Below, piece after piece: positions 53,837-63,289 of a stretch of 64,000 nucleotides of DNA (the stretch's first letter is position 1; every line of letters starts with the position of its first letter). A model generated the notes under the pieces. That model had not been told where the DNA came from. It searched no databases and saw only the letters and a program-made list of their open reading frames with translations. The DNA is from an uncultured Acidimicrobiales bacterium (GTDB lineage Bacteria > Actinomycetota > Acidimicrobiia > Acidimicrobiales > JANYDT01), in contig CAVXQD010000007.1 in the NCBI GenBank assembly GCA_963763885.1, forward strand, positions 559,919-623,918, read 5' to 3'. The translations under genes and the position numbers were made by a program.

Positions 53837-55034
53837 ATGGGGGCGGCGGTCGTAGACATCACAGACGAATTGCTTGCCGGGTTGGGCCGGTTGTTGGAAT
53901 TTGTCGATTCTGGGCGGGTTGGGCTGGAGGATGTTGCTGGTGTTCGGCGGGTGTTTGAACGTGCAGATCTGGCGTTGACTAAGACTGTTGCTTGCACGGC
54001 TGGTGGGACGTCGTTTAACGCGTTGGGGTTCCGGGATGTTGGTGATTGGTTCGCTGCCGCGACTGGGGCGCGTCGTGGTGAGGGCCGGGCACGGTGCCAA
54101 CGGGCGAAGCTTCTTGTGTTGCTTCCGCTGGTTGATGCTGCGGTTACTGGCGGGAAGTTCGGTTCGTCACATCTGGCATGTCTTACGGTTGCGGTGACGA
54201 GGGAACGTGAACTGTTAGCTGTTCGGGATCAGCAGGTGTTTGTTGATTTCGCTGCGATGTTGGACGCGTCACAATTCGCCCGTGTCGTGAACCGGTGGGT
54301 TGCGTTGGCTGATGATGAACTCGGGAGACCCCACCGCGGCAGATGATGCTCACACGGCCCGTCGGCTGCAGCTTTCCCAATTGTTGGACGGGACATGGCG
54401 AATCAACGGTGTCCTTGACCCTGTCGCTGGTGAGGCCGTGCAAGCCGCGTTGGCCGCAGCGATGAAACCTGACGTTGACGATCTCCGGAGCCCGGGGCAA
54501 CGACGCGCTGACGCGCTCGTTGATGTGTGCTTGGAATCTCTGGCGAACAGTGACCGGCCGTCGGTCGGCAACGAACGCCCGAACGTCAACGTCGTGTTCC
54601 ACGCAGCCGACGGTTCAGCACACACAACCAACGGCTGGTTCCTGCGGAACTGGGAACTTTCCCAAGTGTTATGCGATTCGACAATCACGGCGGTGGCTGC
54701 GACGTTGAATGGTGACGTGTTCGACGTTGGAACCCCGGTATCGGTCATCCCGACCAGGAACCGCAAAGCAGTCACCATCCGTGACCGCGGTTGCCGGATG
54801 GGTGGCTGTAACCAGCCAGCACGGTTCTGTGAGATCCACCACATCCTGGAACGCGAAAACGGTGGAACCCACGAACTTCCCAACCTGGTCATGCTCTGCC
54901 GCTACCACCACCGAGAACTCCACCGGAGAGGCGTCAAACTCCACTGGCAAGACACAACGCTGATAGCGGTATACCCGAACGGCGCAGCCATCCACGGCCC
55001 ACCCCCACCATCAACCCACCCCACCCTCCTCTAA
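53837..55034 (+). pseudogene. DUF222 / HNH endonuclease (13E12-repeat-family-like), single frameshift
   Basis: ORF 53837..54346 holds the DUF222 N-terminal part (...FARVVNRWVALADDELG). ORF 54300..55034 continues in the +1 frame: DPTAADDAHTARRLQLSQLLDGTWRINGVLDP...RDRGCRMGGCNQPARFCEIHHILERENGGTHELPNLVMLCRYHHRELH (HNH). The frames rejoin if one nt is removed around GGGAGACC (54323..54330). Confidence 0.75.
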
Positions 55035-55117
55035 GCCCGACAAGTACTAAGCGAACACACCAAACCCAAGCAAACGACCGCGCCCCTAAAGCGGAGGTGG
55101 CCGGGCAGCGGAGAAGA

Positions 55118-55257
55118 CCAGCGGAGTGGGAGGCGGGTGACCCGAAGGAAGGGGCCCGTTCGCGCGCAGCGAAGCGAGCACAACGGGAAGGGGCCGGAGG
55201 AGGCAGGACCCGCCACCCACGCAGCGGGCACAACGGCGGAGCAGCGGGACCACGGCG
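55118..55257 (-). repeat. family-B repeat, inverted copy
   Basis: The reverse complement of 55118..55228 reads CCCGCTGCGTGGGTGGCGGGTCCTGCCTCCTCCGGCCCCTTCCCGTTGTGCTCGCTTCGCTGCGCGCGAACGGGCCCCTTCCTTCGGGTCACCCGCCTCCCACTCCGCTGG. It aligns along its whole length with 413..522. Confidence 0.9.
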
Positions 55258-55330
55258 CCCGCTGCTCTCGCTTAGTGTCCTCGGGGTGAGTGTGAGAGAC
55301 GGAAAGCCGGGGCAGATCCTGGATGATCAT

Positions 55331-56497
55331 GTGTTTGAGGAGAACCAGTGGTTTCTGAGGCGGGGTGTGCCGTTGCTGGTGTCGGAGCGGGTGGCGAAGG
55401 AACCTGCTCAGGTTTGGCGGCGTGCGCTGCCGGCGCTGCTTGCGCTGTATGCGGTGATTTTGTTGCGTGGTCTTGTGATGACCGACCAGAGCGTGGTGGC
55501 TGATGCCGGAGTTGGTGGTGCGGTGCTCTTACTGACGTGGATCGTTTCCAATCTTCTTCAGCGCCAACGGCTGTTCTCGCTTCCCAACGGGCTTGGTCCG
55601 TTCGAACTGACTGCGTTTGTTGTTGGGCCAGCCATTCCATCTCTGCTGACCACGGAAGCAGCAGCCCTGCTGCTTGAAGGCGACAGCCTCGGTGTCCGCA
55701 TCATCGGTGCACTTATGGTCATGGCATTTCAACTGTGCGTGCTGGCAACCGTTTGGGTGGCAGTCAGTTTTGGCGTCGTGTCGTTGATTGTGTGGCTTCT
55801 GCGCGAACTTGGCCAAACGCTTGGCACCACTGGGGCTGCGCTGTCTCGAACCGTGCCGCTGCTGCTTGGCGTGGTAACGTTCTTCTTCCTCACGGCCGAG
55901 GTCTGGCAGTCCATCGGCCTGCTGCGCTGGTTTCCGTATTCGCTACTGATCCTGCTGTTCACCGTGCTTGGCGGTGTGTTCATTGCTCGAGGTCGCAACC
56001 TGGACATCGGCGCACTTGCCACTTTTGAAACCCGGTCCGATCTCGAGGCGGTTGTTCTGCAGTCCGGGTTGCCGGTGTGGACCGGAGAGCAACACCGGTT
56101 CGACAACATGGAGTTTCCAGCCGTCTGTCCACTGGGTCGTCGGCAGCGAGCCAATCTCGTGGTGGTCGCCGTTCTCTCGCGGCTCATCCTTGCCACCGTG
56201 GTAGCAGTGGTAGTTGGCATGTTCTTCGTGGTGTTCGGATTTCTCGTCGTCAACGGCGACGTTGTCCAAGCGTGGACGCTGCGACCGGCACGAGAAATAT
56301 TCTCTCTACGCGTACCAACCCGCACCCTCACACTGACGTGGGAGCACATCAACGTCGCAGGCTTTTTGGCCACCTTCAGCGGCTTCTACTTCACCATCGT
56401 TTCCGCAACCGACCCAACCCTGCGTGCCGGCCTACGCGACACAGCCGAAGACGGAGTCCGCTCCGCCTGCGCCGCCCGCATCATGCTGCACACCTAG
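55331..56497 (+). CDS. hypothetical polytopic membrane protein
   Basis: At least 7 hydrophobic segments. The track ORF starts at 55097, inside the repeat; GTG 55331 was chosen as the first start clear of it. Start uncertain. Confidence 0.5.
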   Translation: MFEENQWFLRRGVPLLVSERVAKEPAQVWRRALPALLALYAVILLRGLVMTDQSVVADAGVGGAVLLLTWIVSNLLQRQRLFSLPNGLGPFELTAFVVGPAIPSLLTTEAAALLLEGDSLGVRIIGALMVMAFQLCVLATVWVAVSFGVVSLIVWLLRELGQTLGTTGAALSRTVPLLLGVVTFFFLTAEVWQSIGLLRWFPYSLLILLFTVLGGVFIARGRNLDIGALATFETRSDLEAVVLQSGLPVWTGEQHRFDNMEFPAVCPLGRRQRANLVVVAVLSRLILATVVAVVVGMFFVVFGFLVVNGDVVQAWTLRPAREIFSLRVPTRTLTLTWEHINVAGFLATFSGFYFTIVSATDPTLRAGLRDTAEDGVRSACAARIMLHT

Positions 56498-56538
56498 TCG
56501 ACTTGTCAGTGCACACGCTGAGGACCTAGGCAGGCTGG

Positions 56539-57801
56539 ATGCAGGAACACGCCGGAACCAACATTGGAACCAACATTGGAACGCATCTCGGAGGGCAGCG
56601 GCCGCTTGGATATGGGTATTGGCCGCTTGCTGCTGATGACCCGGGGGTGGCGGTGCAGCGTGAGGACATTCGCATCGTGACGCCTGACCGAGCCCTGGTC
56701 CGCGGTGTGCTGTGGACTCCCCCAGTCGGCACGCCGATGAAACGAACAGCAGTGATCCTCAGTCACCCACGCGGCGACTTCAGCGTGCACTACGCGTGCC
56801 CCCTCCTTGCGGCGCAGGGCTACGCCACGCTGGGGTTCGGCACCCGGTATGTGAACAACGACATCGATTGTCTGCACGAGGTGTGCACCATCGACGTGGA
56901 AGCGGTTGTGAACTACCTGAAGACCGAGCGCGGTTTCGACGCGGTGGTGCTGTTGGGTAACTCCGGTGGCGGTTCGTTGATGGCGTTGACCCACGCACTG
57001 AAAGGTGTTGGCGATGGTTGGATCGGCATGGCAGCGCACCCGGGCGAGGGGATGTTCATGGGCAAGGTCATCGACCCGTCCGTTGCCGATGAGTCAGACC
57101 CAGGTTCAACCATTGCAGAGTTGGACATGTACAACCCGGACAACGGGTGGCGCCCGTGGCCTCATCCGTGCACTTACGACCGTGAATGGTTGAAGTCCTA
57201 CCGCGCCGCGCAGATTGCCCGGATCGCACGAATCGACGCCATCGCGAAAGCCGCAATTTCCGACGCGGCAGGCGCTGTCCAGCAACTGAAGGCCCAGGCG
57301 ATGGCAACTAGCGCCTCCGTCTCCACGGACGACATCGATGCCATGCACACATACCGTTCGCTTCGTGCCCGCGCGGTCGGCATGAAGTACCTCACCATCT
57401 ACCGCACCTTGGCAGATCCCGCCTACCTCGACCTGTCGATTGATCCTGATGAACGCGCAATGGGTTCGCTGTTTGCGTCCCCGGATCCGTTCGATGCCAA
57501 CTTTGGGCGCAGTGGCCTAGCCAGAACCATGACGGCGCGCGGCTGGTTGTCCACATGGTCAGCGTTGTCCAGCCATGCACGCCTTGCCGACACCATGCCC
57601 TCGGTCAAGGTCCCAACGCTGATCATTCATCCCACTGCCGACACGGAGATTCGCATCCACGAGGCGTTGGAGATCAGAGACGCCAGTGGCGCCAAGGACC
57701 TCACCTACATCGAGATGAAGGGCGCCCTGCATTACCTCGAAGGCAGTCGCCCGGAGGCCATGGCCCACGTGGTTACCTGGCTGGACGCACGATTCCCGTA
57801 G
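56539..57801 (+). CDS. alpha/beta hydrolase fold protein
   Basis: SHPRGDF, nucleophile elbow LLGNSGGGSL, and a C-terminal HPTADTEI...ALHYLEG (His region). The N-terminus contains a 2 x 12-bp repeat (GTNIGTNIG). Confidence 0.65.
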   Translation: MQEHAGTNIGTNIGTHLGGQRPLGYGYWPLAADDPGVAVQREDIRIVTPDRALVRGVLWTPPVGTPMKRTAVILSHPRGDFSVHYACPLLAAQGYATLGFGTRYVNNDIDCLHEVCTIDVEAVVNYLKTERGFDAVVLLGNSGGGSLMALTHALKGVGDGWIGMAAHPGEGMFMGKVIDPSVADESDPGSTIAELDMYNPDNGWRPWPHPCTYDREWLKSYRAAQIARIARIDAIAKAAISDAAGAVQQLKAQAMATSASVSTDDIDAMHTYRSLRARAVGMKYLTIYRTLADPAYLDLSIDPDERAMGSLFASPDPFDANFGRSGLARTMTARGWLSTWSALSSHARLADTMPSVKVPTLIIHPTADTEIRIHEALEIRDASGAKDLTYIEMKGALHYLEGSRPEAMAHVVTWLDARFP

Positions 57802-57803
57802 GC

Positions 57804-58874
57804 CTATTGGTAGTTGATGAACACCGGAGCAGGACGCACCCGGCCGTCCAGGGTTTGCTTCGGGGTCAGCATCGGGGTGTCCAACTTGGGGTTGGTGAAC
57901 AGCTTGAACCCGGAAAGCTTGGTAGGCATCCCACGGAGGGCAACACCGTATGACTGCAGTTTGCGCTCTGGGGTCCCAAACCCGTCCATGTTTGCAACAA
58001 GGCGGATGGACGGCGGCACGTTGATCTTGGAGGGGTTCGTCACCATGAACTCTCTGAACCGGTGCACTACAAGCAGTTTGGGTCCAAGCTTGCGCTCTCG
58101 CACCAACCGGTCCAAGAGGGCGACAGCAGCATTGATATCGCTAGCGTCCATCGTGCCAATTTGCTTTCCGGGTTTCACACCGGGCGGCATGTCCCACTCC
58201 GGGTCAAGTGCTAAGTGCACATCAGGTTCTGCAAGGAACGGTTCCAGGTAGGAAAGTTCGGCCGCCACGCTTGACCAGCCCACCTGGATGTCCAGCAACA
58301 ACAGACACCCCGCCTCGCGTGCCCAACCAAGAACGCGCCGCACAACCTCGGGCGCAGCTCGACCCCGGTATAGGCCCGAAGGACCGGGAGCTGCTTGGGC
58401 GACGATGGTGATCAGTTCCATGGTGCAACGTGTTGGGGTTGTAGGGTCAGCCGCTTGCCACATTTCGACGTCGCGTTTCAACGAAGCAATCATCTTGTCT
58501 TTTTCGAGCCTGCCGAGGATCCCCATGGCCCTGGACAGCGGCGTACCGTAGTAGGCGATGAGCCGGCACCCGGCGCCACCTCCGTCTGGCACACCGCACA
58601 CCGGCGCAAGGGTGGGGCCGGTCCCTGCCGGCAACGAGGTGGTTGTGCTTGTGGTGGTTGTGGCCTCGTTGGGCGTCTGCGTGACAGGCGTCGTGGAAGG
58701 CGGATCCGGACGAAACGTTGGCGGAGCCGTTGGTTCTGCGTCTTGCGTTGTTGGCGGCGACGTGAACGTTACGGAAGCGCCCTCGCTCTGCGCTGCAGCA
58801 TTACCACCAGCAAGGATTGCTGGGACAACGAGAAGCGTGGCGACGAACGCAACGGCAACGGTACGAATGGTCAT
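57804..58874 (-). CDS. secreted hypothetical protein with Pro/Thr-rich linker
   Basis: A signal peptide (MTIRTVAVAFVATLLVVPAILAGGNAAAQS), a P/T linker, then a conserved-looking globular domain (...LLLDIQVGWSSV...HLALDPEWDM...VVHRF...MDGFG). Possibly a glycoside-hydrolase-like TIM barrel, but I cannot support that. Confidence 0.5.
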   Translation of the reverse strand: MTIRTVAVAFVATLLVVPAILAGGNAAAQSEGASVTFTSPPTTQDAEPTAPPTFRPDPPSTTPVTQTPNEATTTTSTTTSLPAGTGPTLAPVCGVPDGGGAGCRLIAYYGTPLSRAMGILGRLEKDKMIASLKRDVEMWQAADPTTPTRCTMELITIVAQAAPGPSGLYRGRAAPEVVRRVLGWAREAGCLLLLDIQVGWSSVAAELSYLEPFLAEPDVHLALDPEWDMPPGVKPGKQIGTMDASDINAAVALLDRLVRERKLGPKLLVVHRFREFMVTNPSKINVPPSIRLVANMDGFGTPERKLQSYGVALRGMPTKLSGFKLFTNPKLDTPMLTPKQTLDGRVRPAPVFINYQ

Positions 58875-58898
58875 GGGACAACGATCATCAGAGAACGA

Positions 58899-60305
58899 TC
58901 ATGGTGCAACATACCCAGCTGCAGCGACACCTGCGCTGTATCCGGTTGACCAACATCCCTGAAGCAAGTAGCCGCCGGTGGGTGCTTCCCAGTCCAGCAT
59001 CTCGCCGGCAAGGAACACCCCTGGGTTCCGGAGCAACATGCCAGTGTCGTCAATGGCCTGGCCAGCGACTCCACCGCTTGACGAGATCGCACGTTCGAGT
59101 CCTGCCACGCCGATAACAGGAACCGGCAATCGATGCACCAGCGCAGCAAGGGCCGCAAATTGTTCCGCCGCTGGGCGTTGGGCCACGTCACGCGCCCCGC
59201 ACTCCAGCATCAACCCAATGGCAGCAGGAGACAACCCTGCCTTGCGGAGGCGATTGGAGAGCGAGTCACCTGCGCGCGCTTTGCTCAGCGCCCGTTCGGT
59301 GTCGGCCACCGAAACGTCTGGCCGCAGGTTGCACACCAGCGGGCTTCCGTCGCGTAACGCCGGGCTGAGCGTATACACCGGGCCGCCCTCCAAGCCGGAG
59401 CGTGTCACAACAACATCGCCAACGGTGGTGCGGTCACCGCACATCAGCGCGACGTTCTTGATGGGCTCGCCCTCATAGCGACCAAGGAACACGGCGCTCC
59501 AGGCGATGCGTGCTCCGACGTTGGACGCCCCCAAGGCGTGGGTGGCAACACTTGCGTCTTTGAACGTCTTTACCCATTCACCGTCTGACCCCGTGCGAGG
59601 CCAGCTCCCTCCGCCCAAGGCAAGTAGCACGGCCCTGGCTTCGATCACTTCTCGTTGTGACGACCTCCGCCCAACGCCGTTGAGGACGACCCGATGTGAG
59701 GCTGCGGCGGTGGGTTCGGTGGAATTTGGTGTGCCGATCATCAGCGCGCTGGCAATATCGGCTCGCCACTCGGTGGTCACGTCAACGCCCATCGCTGCAA
59801 GCCTGCTCAGCCAGGCGCGCAGCAGTGGCGTGGCTCGCATCGAGGCCGGAAAGACACGGCCGCTGGTTCCCACAAACGTTTGTTCACCTAGGTCGTCGGC
59901 CCACAAGCGCAATTCGGCTGGCGGGAATTGCTCAACGCAACTTCGAACATATGCAGCCGCAGTCCCAGAGAATTTCGTGAGCAAATGGGTGACCGGCTCG
60001 TCATTGCTGAGATTGAGACCACTACGACCGGCCAACAGGAACTTGCGTCCTGGCGAGCGTTGCGCGTCGACCACACGGATCTTGGCCCAGGGGGCTGCAG
60101 CGGCAGCCCGTTCGGCGGCGATCAACCCCGCCGGCCCTCCACCGATGACAAGCACATCGACAAACAGATGGACGCGACCGTCCAATTCTTCAGTGAAGGG
60201 ATGGTTCCCAGTTGTCGCTGCGCTGTTTGTCATGTTCGGATTCATCAGGTTCGGATTCATCATGTTCGGATTCATCATGTTCGGATTCATCATGTTCGGA
60301 TTCAT
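58899..60305 (-). CDS. BaiN/HI0933-family NAD(P)/FAD-dependent oxidoreductase with a repeated N-terminal (MNPNM)n extension
   Basis: VLVIGGGPAGLIAAERAA, GRKFLLAGRSGLNLSN, FVGTSGRVFP, and GEMLDWEAPTGGYLLQGCWSTGYSAG. The N-terminus MNPNMMNPNMMNPNMMNPNLMNPNM is encoded by the 15-bp tandem repeat. The true start is uncertain. Confidence 0.75.
   Translation of the reverse strand: MNPNMMNPNMMNPNMMNPNLMNPNMTNSAATTGNHPFTEELDGRVHLFVDVLVIGGGPAGLIAAERAAAAAPWAKIRVVDAQRSPGRKFLLAGRSGLNLSNDEPVTHLLTKFSGTAAAYVRSCVEQFPPAELRLWADDLGEQTFVGTSGRVFPASMRATPLLRAWLSRLAAMGVDVTTEWRADIASALMIGTPNSTEPTAAASHRVVLNGVGRRSSQREVIEARAVLLALGGGSWPRTGSDGEWVKTFKDASVATHALGASNVGARIAWSAVFLGRYEGEPIKNVALMCGDRTTVGDVVVTRSGLEGGPVYTLSPALRDGSPLVCNLRPDVSVADTERALSKARAGDSLSNRLRKAGLSPAAIGLMLECGARDVAQRPAAEQFAALAALVHRLPVPVIGVAGLERAISSSGGVAGQAIDDTGMLLRNPGVFLAGEMLDWEAPTGGYLLQGCWSTGYSAGVAAAGYVAP
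60231..60305 (-). repeat. 5 x 15-bp tandem repeat ATGAATCCGAACMTG (plus a degenerate sixth unit upstream)
   Basis: Plus-strand units CATGTTCGGATTCAT at 60231, 60261, 60276 and 60291, and CAGGTTCGGATTCAT at 60246. A unit carries up to two in-frame ATG codons (nine in the array; the 60246 unit has CTG in place of one). Confidence 0.95.
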
Positions 60306-60353
60306 ATGTTCGCAGTACTTCCGTTGGGTGGTTGACCTCTAGGCTTCTGAGCT

Positions 60354-61214
60354 GTGACGTCCCCAAAGCACCCTTGCGCCATCTGCGGAGGGCCGACAGA
60401 ACAAGTCTTCATCGTCAACTCCGTAGCAATTTGCGATTGTTCCGTTTGCGGCCACCGTCAGGCAGACCTCGCCGTCGATGCGGCACATGTGCAGGAAACC
60501 TACGGCGACGACTACTTCCTCGGGGGCGGAGCTGGATACGAGGATTACACCAGTGAAGGTCCAATGCTGGTTGCCCGAGGGGCAAAGTACGGCGCCATCA
60601 TGGCCAAACACGCCCCTCCTTCGTCTCTGATCGATATCGGAGCGGCTGCTGGGTACCTCGCGGAAGGGATGCAGTCTGCAGGTTGGTCTCCCGTCGGCAT
60701 CGAGCCCAACGACATGATGGCTGCCGCCGGCCGGGCGCGGGGATTGGATGTACGCACTGGTTCGGCCGAGTCGCTGCTCCGGGACATGGCACCAGCAAGC
60801 GTCGATGCCGTCAGCATGATTCAGGTCATCGCCCACCTTGGCGACCCGTTAGGCATGTTGCGCGCTTCAGCCGAGGTGGTTCGCCCCGGTGGGTTACTGC
60901 TCATCGAAACATGGGACCGCGCCAGCGTCACCGCAAAACTCTTCCGTCAGAAGTGGCACGAATACAGCCCGCCAAGCGTTGTCCATTGGTTCACCCGGAC
61001 GGAACTGGACTCGGTTGCACGACGGGCGAATTTTTCCCGCCTGGACTCTGGTCGCTATCCGAAAGTCATCACGGCTGCGCACGGACGCCAGCTAGTGGAA
61101 CATCGTATGGGCACAGATCACTTCGTCAGCAAACTTGCAGGGCGCATCCCCGCAGGCTTAAAAGTTCCGTATCCCGGAGACGATCTCTTCTGGACCCTCT
61201 ACCGCCGCAACTAG
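60354..61214 (+). CDS. class I SAM-dependent methyltransferase with N-terminal zinc-ribbon
   Basis: CAICGG...CSVCGH (4-Cys ribbon), LIDIGAAAGYLAEGM (motif I), and LLLIETW. Confidence 0.75.
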   Translation: MTSPKHPCAICGGPTEQVFIVNSVAICDCSVCGHRQADLAVDAAHVQETYGDDYFLGGGAGYEDYTSEGPMLVARGAKYGAIMAKHAPPSSLIDIGAAAGYLAEGMQSAGWSPVGIEPNDMMAAAGRARGLDVRTGSAESLLRDMAPASVDAVSMIQVIAHLGDPLGMLRASAEVVRPGGLLLIETWDRASVTAKLFRQKWHEYSPPSVVHWFTRTELDSVARRANFSRLDSGRYPKVITAAHGRQLVEHRMGTDHFVSKLAGRIPAGLKVPYPGDDLFWTLYRRN

Positions 61215-61230
61215 AACTCGTCGGGTCAGT

Positions 61231-62388
61231 TCAGCGAGGGCCGCTCCCGGCTAGTCCGGCCGACATCCACGCTTTGCACGAACTGAACACACCGTTGGTC
61301 CGCACCCATTGCGACGTTTCAAAATCGAACAGCTTGCAAGCCTGGGTCGCTGACAAGTAGTCCTTGAAGCGGAACGACCGTTCCAGCACGATCCCTGGGA
61401 ACGCCTCGTCGATGGCCTTTGCTGCATCCGCCAATTGGTAGCAAGGGATGCGGGCATCAACGTGGTGCGGGACGTGAATGAAGATGTGGTGCAACGCAGC
61501 GTCGATGAACCACGGCGCACGCATCACCGTTGTCCCAATCAACTGGGCCTTTGAGCGCGTCCAATCCTTGCTGTCATACCAACGAATGTCTGGCTGAACA
61601 TGGTGGACGTGGACCGTTGCACCAATGATCCACGAGAACACCAGGAACGGGATCAGCACAACGCGTCCCCACATCCACAGCGCGCTTAGCACCGTGGCTT
61701 GCTGGTTCCAGCCCAGCAGCAGTGCAACGGTAGAGGCCACCACGAAGTAGGCACCGATGATTCGCCGATCCCGTGGGACCCCAGGAGCAGATTTAGTGGG
61801 TGGAGTGAAACGAATCATCTTGTTCCACCACACGTTGCGCAGGTAGTAGACGCCGGCGCCAAGGCAGGACCACTCAAGACGGTGGAGCAGACGACGCAGG
61901 CCAGAAAACTGGCTGTACTCAGCGGGCGTGACTGGATGCCAGACAAAATCCAGTCCTCGCTTCACGGTGAACCCGTGATGCACCCGGTTATGGCCGAAGA
62001 CCCACCCGTCACGAACGTGCAACGACGGCAGCATGAACACCAGCGCGACCAGACGATTCGCTCGATGGCTTGGCAGCAGCGCCTCGTGCGCAGCGTCGTG
62101 GCCGATGACGAACATCGCGCTCACCGCGATGCCAGCAAGGACCGACAGCAGCAATCCCACGGCCCAGCTGCGAGTCCAGACGGCCAGTCCAATGAGACCG
62201 AGATACAGCAGTGCGTCAATCACCACCAACTGCAACCCACGCCGCATGCTGCGTTGGTAGCAAACCTCGGGAATGCGCTTGCGTACCTCTTCCAGCGAAG
62301 GAAGACCTTCGGGCGCGTCCAAGGTGGGCAAGTTCAGTGTTGACGCGTTCAGGGTGGATGGAGCCATCCAGACAAGCGTGCTGGGCAA
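61231..62388 (-). CDS. membrane fatty acid desaturase family protein
   Basis: His boxes HDAAHE, HNRVHH and HVPHH, plus TM segments. Start uncertain (62388 or 62367). Confidence 0.8.
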   Translation of the reverse strand: MPSTLVWMAPSTLNASTLNLPTLDAPEGLPSLEEVRKRIPEVCYQRSMRRGLQLVVIDALLYLGLIGLAVWTRSWAVGLLLSVLAGIAVSAMFVIGHDAAHEALLPSHRANRLVALVFMLPSLHVRDGWVFGHNRVHHGFTVKRGLDFVWHPVTPAEYSQFSGLRRLLHRLEWSCLGAGVYYLRNVWWNKMIRFTPPTKSAPGVPRDRRIIGAYFVVASTVALLLGWNQQATVLSALWMWGRVVLIPFLVFSWIIGATVHVHHVQPDIRWYDSKDWTRSKAQLIGTTVMRAPWFIDAALHHIFIHVPHHVDARIPCYQLADAAKAIDEAFPGIVLERSFRFKDYLSATQACKLFDFETSQWVRTNGVFSSCKAWMSAGLAGSGPR

Positions 62389-62437
62389 CGCTCGCAGCCA
62401 TTAGGGCCGTTAGTCCCGAGGTAACGGGCGAAAAGGC

Positions 62438-63067
62438 CTAAATGGTTGGGCGACCCCGGCGGCGCAGATCGTCGAGGTGGACGTCCATCGCTTCGAGCTG
62501 ACGTTCGTCGGTCCAATAGTCACGGTCGAACAACGCCTGCAACGAGATGCCGTCGTTCAGCGCTAACAACCGATTGGCCTCCAGCTCGGCATCGACCGAC
62601 GGGTCTAGCTCGCCGTCCTCGATTGCCTGTTCAAGTGCACCTCGCAACAACGCACGGAGACGACCGTCGTGCAGCTGATATTCCTTCCGCAGTCGACGGG
62701 CAATGAGCGCCTCTGCGCCGTACAGCAGCCAAATGCGGTTCTCCCGCGAACGGGTCTTGTCCATCGGCAACAGTTCCGACGCCATCACGTGAGCTGCTTT
62801 CAACCCACGATGCGTTTCGCTGAGCGCAGCCATCCGGCCAGTGGCATTGGTCATGCACCAACCGAGAGCGGCCACAAGAACATCGGCCCGGGTGCCGAAG
62901 TAGTGGCCAATGATGCCGGTGGAATACCCAGCTTCTTTCGCAATTTCTCGAAGGGTTGCGCCCTCGATGCCTTCGCGGTCAATGACCTTGACAGCAGCGC
63001 GCGCAAGGTCGGATCGTCGTTCGTCGTGGTCAACGATCTTGGGCACTTCTGAAAACGCTACCAGCAA
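62438..63067 (-). CDS. TetR/AcrR family transcriptional regulator
   Basis: N-terminal HTH: GIEGATLREIAKEAGYSTGIIGHYFGTRADVL. Confidence 0.85.
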   Translation of the reverse strand: MLVAFSEVPKIVDHDERRSDLARAAVKVIDREGIEGATLREIAKEAGYSTGIIGHYFGTRADVLVAALGWCMTNATGRMAALSETHRGLKAAHVMASELLPMDKTRSRENRIWLLYGAEALIARRLRKEYQLHDGRLRALLRGALEQAIEDGELDPSVDAELEANRLLALNDGISLQALFDRDYWTDERQLEAMDVHLDDLRRRGRPTI

Positions 63068-63289
63068 CCGGTTACGCGCACCTCACCTCCCGTCGCAACG
63101 CAGTGTGCTCGAAATGGGCGAAAACGCGCACGTTCGTTACAAAACGGTAACGCCAGAGAACTTCCATTGGAAACGGTGGCCTGGTAAGGTTATTGCATCA
63201 CCGTCCAAGAAACACGCAGGACAACCTGAGCAACTCTGCTCGGGCCCCGTGGGAACGAAGAAACGGCCATAGGCCGGGGGTGCTTTATC

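Larger units (their letters stand above)
53464..55257. mobile_element. DUF222-HNH ('REP13E12-like') gene bounded by inverted family-B repeats
   Basis: Family-B copy 53464..53690 (+) and inverted copy 55118..55228 (extending to ~55257 with a partial extra subunit) flank the SOS box and the frameshifted HNH gene. Confidence 0.55.

Noticed and set aside
55097-55330. N-terminal 78 codons of track ORF 55097..56497
   Set aside because: This stretch is encoded by the inverted family-B repeat and its flank, so the membrane protein more plausibly starts downstream (GTG 55331 chosen provisionally).
63135-63152. CGTTAC-N6-GTAACG palindrome as a TetR operator between the TetR gene and the aminotransferase
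   Set aside because: The arms are only 6 bp with an unusual spacer, and I cannot assess significance without genome-wide statistics. It is not listed as a feature.
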